Below, in pieces: positions 60,056 to 64,000 of a DNA stretch of 64,000 bases. The notes under the pieces were generated by a model. It searched no databases. It worked only from the letters and a program-made list of their open reading frames with translations, and had not been told where the DNA came from. Source of the DNA: Stegostoma tigrinum (taxonomy: Eukaryota); contig NC_081361.1 in the NCBI RefSeq assembly GCF_030684315.1, positions 67,563,553-67,627,552 on the forward strand, read 5' to 3'. Position 1 is the stretch's first letter. Every line of letters starts with the position of its first letter. The position numbers and the translations under genes are program-made.

Positions 60056-60682
60056 GCTACCTGGTATAAATACTGTGTTTACAAGAACAGGATTAGAAAT
60101 TTGAGGCAAGTAACTCTCCTGATTCACCAAGGCCCAAGTTAAGAGCGTAATGAAACACTTCACATTTGTCTGGAAGAGTACAACTCTAATCACAGTCCAG
60201 CTCAATATCGCCTTTTTAAAGAACAAGCACCCTGTTTGATTGGCGCAACCATCTCTCACCTTCAACATTCATTCCCAGCATCCTTCCAACTGTTCCTTCC
60301 AAAATCCACTGCAGCAGTTCACCAAGCCTCACTTCATAGTACCTTCCAGCTGTTTTTCCCACCGTCTAGAAGAACAACAGTAAATGCAGAACGCTACCAA
60401 CTGTTATTTTCCGTACAGGCTACACATCATACTTAGAAGTATATTGTTGTTCCTTTTACAATCATTGGCTGAAAAACCTGCAGTTTCCTGACCAAGGATA
60501 GTTGGGAGTAGATGGCTGACCTTGCCTTCTATGCAAGAGTGAAAGAAAGCAATTTTTGTCCTGCTGAGCTGGTACTTATCCAAGTGCTTGGTCACTGTTT
60601 CTCGTATATCAGTTGTGGAGAATTAATGTTTTGGCTGAATTCATGTACCAACATTTCAGGAGGCTTCTTGTGTTTGTATTCT

Positions 60683-61495
60683 AGAACATAGAACAGTACA
60701 GGCCCTTTGGCCCACAATGTTGTGCCAAAGTTTTACCCTAAACTTAAGGTCTAACACCCACCCCTACCTTATACTAGCATCCATATGCCTATCTAATAGC
60801 GGCTTAAGTGCCCCTAATGAGGCCAACTCCACTACCCTCTCCGGCAATGCATTTCACACCCCTGCCGCGCTCTCTCAGTAAAGAATCTACCTCCTTTCAC
60901 TTTTTAAAACTACATCCCCTCATAAAAGCTACCTCCCACCCTAGGAAAAAGTCTCTGGCTGTCCACTCTATCTGTACCTCTGATCACTTTGTGCACCTCT
61001 ATCAAGTCACCTGTTATCCTTCATCGTTCTAAAGAGAAAAGTCCTAGCGCACTCAACCTTTCTTTTGTAAGACCTTCCCTCCACTCTAGGCAACGTCCTG
61101 GTAAACCTCCTCTGCACCTTTTCCAACGCTTCTGTATCTTTCCTGTAATGAAGTGACCAGAACTGGACACAATACTCCAGATGTGGCCAAACCAGGCTTT
61201 TGTATAGCTGTAGCATAACTTCACCACTCTTGAGTTCAATCCCTCTATTATTGAAAGCTAACACACCATACACCTTCCTAACAACCCTATCCACCTGGCT
61301 GGTGGTGTTAAGGGAGCTGTGAACGTGAGCGCCAAGATCCTCTGCTCCTCCACACAGCCAAGAATCTTTCCGTTAACTCTGTATTCTGCTTTGAAATTTT
61401 TCTTTCCAAAATGAATCACCTCTCACTTTGCAGGGTTAAACTCCATCTGCCACTTCTCGGCCCAGCTCTGCATTCTATCAATGTCCCTTTGTAGC
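60683..61495 (-). mobile_element. CR1 LINE 3' fragment
   Basis: Minus ORF MLQLYKSLVWPHLEYCVQFWSLHYRKDTEALEKVQRRFTR. Confidence 0.88.
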
Positions 61496-61831
61496 CGTTT
61501 GTATTTGGACATCTTTGAGAATGGGCATGTTCATGCTGCATGCTCATCCTAAATATCTATCTATCTTGGCATGGCCTTCTACACTTGCAGTGGAGCCAAG
61601 ATTTGTTTCTTGGGTTGTTTAAGCTGTGCTTAGTTAGGAGGCCATGGTTAAGAACAATTCTACTGCTGCTGACTGTCCATTCTGTCTCTTAGATTCACAG
61701 TTTTAGCCTCGTAGGACTATTATCAGTTTGTCACTACATGGTGTTCATGATATTCTGTGCATTTTGCAGATGGAGGTGAATTTATCTTTCAGGGCTGAGT
61801 AATGATCATTTTTACTGATGTGGTCTTGGGG

Positions 61832-61852
61832 GTGTGTGTGTGTGTGTGTGTG
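61832..61852. repeat. (GT)n microsatellite
   Basis: About 10 GT units. Confidence 0.9.
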
Positions 61853-64000
61853 AACAGAGAGTTAGGAGCAAGAGTAGACAGGTCGACCCTCAAGACTGCT
61901 CCGCCATTCAGTGCAGTCATGGCTCATCTCATCTCTGTCTCAATCCCACTTTGCTGTTGGCTCCCCATTACCCTTTAACCCATCACTGAATGAATCTCCA
62001 TCTCCTCCAACTTAGTCAGTGTCCCAGTGGCCACTGCATTCTGGGGTATTGAATTCCACACAATCGTCACCCTCTGAGAGGAGTAATTTCTGCTCTTCTT
62101 TGTTTTTAAATTGGCATCCTCTATCCTTAAACTATGACCTTTTTATCCTTGATTGCACCACAGGGGGAAACATGCTCCACATCTACTAAATCAGTCCCCT
62201 GAAAATGAGAACGTAGTCAACTAAAAGTCATTTGCTCACTTTGATTACCCCGTCATCTTAGAATAAATTTACTTTCTCACCTCTGGCCCTCAAGACTGGA
62301 CCTATTGGTCAAAGGTGGCACCAATGAAACAAAATTTTGATCATGATTTCTAGATCTATATCAGATGGCTCTGATGTTCAACTGCAGATTCTGAGGTTAG
62401 AGTGAATTGCTGATGTGAAGGCCATTAAACAAACCAGTTTGGTATAACCAATTTATTGAATAACAAGGCGTAGAGCTGGATGAAAACAGCATGCTGCTTG
62501 GCCTACTGGGTTCATCCGGCTCTATGCTTTGTTATCTCAGATTCTCCAGCATCTGCAATTCTGACTACCTATCCTAATAATCTGATCACTTATCTTTTTG
62601 CTGTTTTGAGGAATCATTCTGTACGCAGATTGGCTGCACATGAGGGTGACTACACATTGTGAAGTACTCAGTGATGTCGTGAGGATCTGAAACTCGCTTG
62701 TATTCATGTTCTTTCGTTCTTTCTGAATTCCCTTCTTCCTTTTTTGAATTTGAAAATTCATTTGCATCTGACGAACTAGAACGTGCCTTTATACGTCTAG
62801 ATTATTTCATGCAACCTAAAGTATCTTGACTGTTTTAAGCATTGAAAAGTAGTAAATTAAGCACTGTAGTGTGATTTGAGTTATATATTATGGAACAAGT
62901 TTATCAGAAAAAGCAGCAGCAGTGCACATTTAACTGTGGTGTCTCCTTGATTTGCGAAGCTAACGCTAGTGAAACATTTCTAATGACATTAAATCAGATT
63001 TGTGCCAGTATTATATGTGGGGTTTAATCAGGACCATGAGTCTATAGCCACAATCTGGATAGCTTGAGGATCTTGTGAGCCAGGAGCATTTTTTCTGAGA
63101 AATACTTGGTCTTTTGCTCAAAACGATTGAGAAACAATGGAAATCGAAGAATGGTTCTTTCACTTTGAGTTTGTTAACATGATCAAAACAGAGATTTGCT
63201 GGTCTCGGTCCATATTTCCTGGTGGGTCATCAGATTCCAACTTAAAATCTTGACACATTCTATGGATCAGGTGTAACATGTCGAAGTGCTAGAAATAGTT
63301 TTAAGACCTCCTTAGTTCTTTCAAAGTGAGTAGCTATGGGGTGACATTCATTTAGGTGCATTGGCTATTAAAATATTCACATGCCCCCGTCTTGCTTTAA
63401 TGCAGCAACCTATAATTGTGTTTTCTGCAAAATTTGATGGATAGCATCCCTTTGGCAAGTGGGCTAGTTTGCCAATATTTGAATGATAACAATAGAGACC
63501 AGTCCTATTTAAAACAAATGTCCATCACACTTCACTGTCTGACATTGCATTGGAAGAAAGGGGGAAAAGTAGTTTTGCTACTTAAATCAAAGAGGCTTCT
63601 GCAGAAAATGAAAATACCTTCTAACTCAATTTTATCTTACAGCAATAAAACTTTATGACCTTTGGCTGAGTTGCAGGTACAGATTCCTCTGTTTGCTGTA
63701 TGTGGAAGACGATGCAATACTCCTGTCCTTAGGCATTGTATCTTTCAGCAATACTGTCGGATGTATAAAATCGATAGATTTCGTTTGTATTTGTTGAGCT
63801 TGGTGTGTTACTGAACTAGTACATTGAATCTAGGTAACTTAGCAGTTTATTTAAGCCTCAAGACTTACGTTTTTTCAATGACTGTACTGAACTTGTCTGC
63901 TAATTTGTAGCTGTTGTGACTGTAGTTGGGGAATGAAATAGGAACTAATTAGGGATGTGCTATTTGCCTCTCTGATGAGCTGAGCTTGAACAAATTGGCC

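Overview
Vertebrate genomic DNA, almost certainly a shark or other elasmobranch (HE1-type SINEs, CR1 LINEs and Penelope-like elements are abundant). Genes: (1) the last coding exon of a riboflavin-binding protein / folate-receptor-family gene (+, 3657-3908); (2) a complete IPP (KLHL27, BTB-BACK-Kelch) gene with 8 coding exons and 588 aa (+, 8928-33204); (3) a complete, convergent TMEM69 (-, CDS 42586-42542 and 38075-37350, 256 aa, non-coding exon 1 near 43660-43790); (4) a CpG-rich promoter and probable non-coding first exon at about 52.5 kb (+), probably GPBP1L1 by synteny, with no coding exon visible. The rest is repeats: a decayed Gypsy LTR element in the first IPP coding-region intron, CR1 LINEs, SINEs, a foldback/MITE-like element and many Penelope-like element (PLE) pieces. 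The most striking signal is that three different PLE families each carry a minimal hammerhead-ribozyme motif. Many insertions are inverted dimers with both 3' ends pointing outward, flanked by 10-16 bp target-site duplications. Two of the youngest sit directly upstream of the TMEM69 and 52.5-kb promoters. Protein identifications rest on recalled sequences, not database searches.
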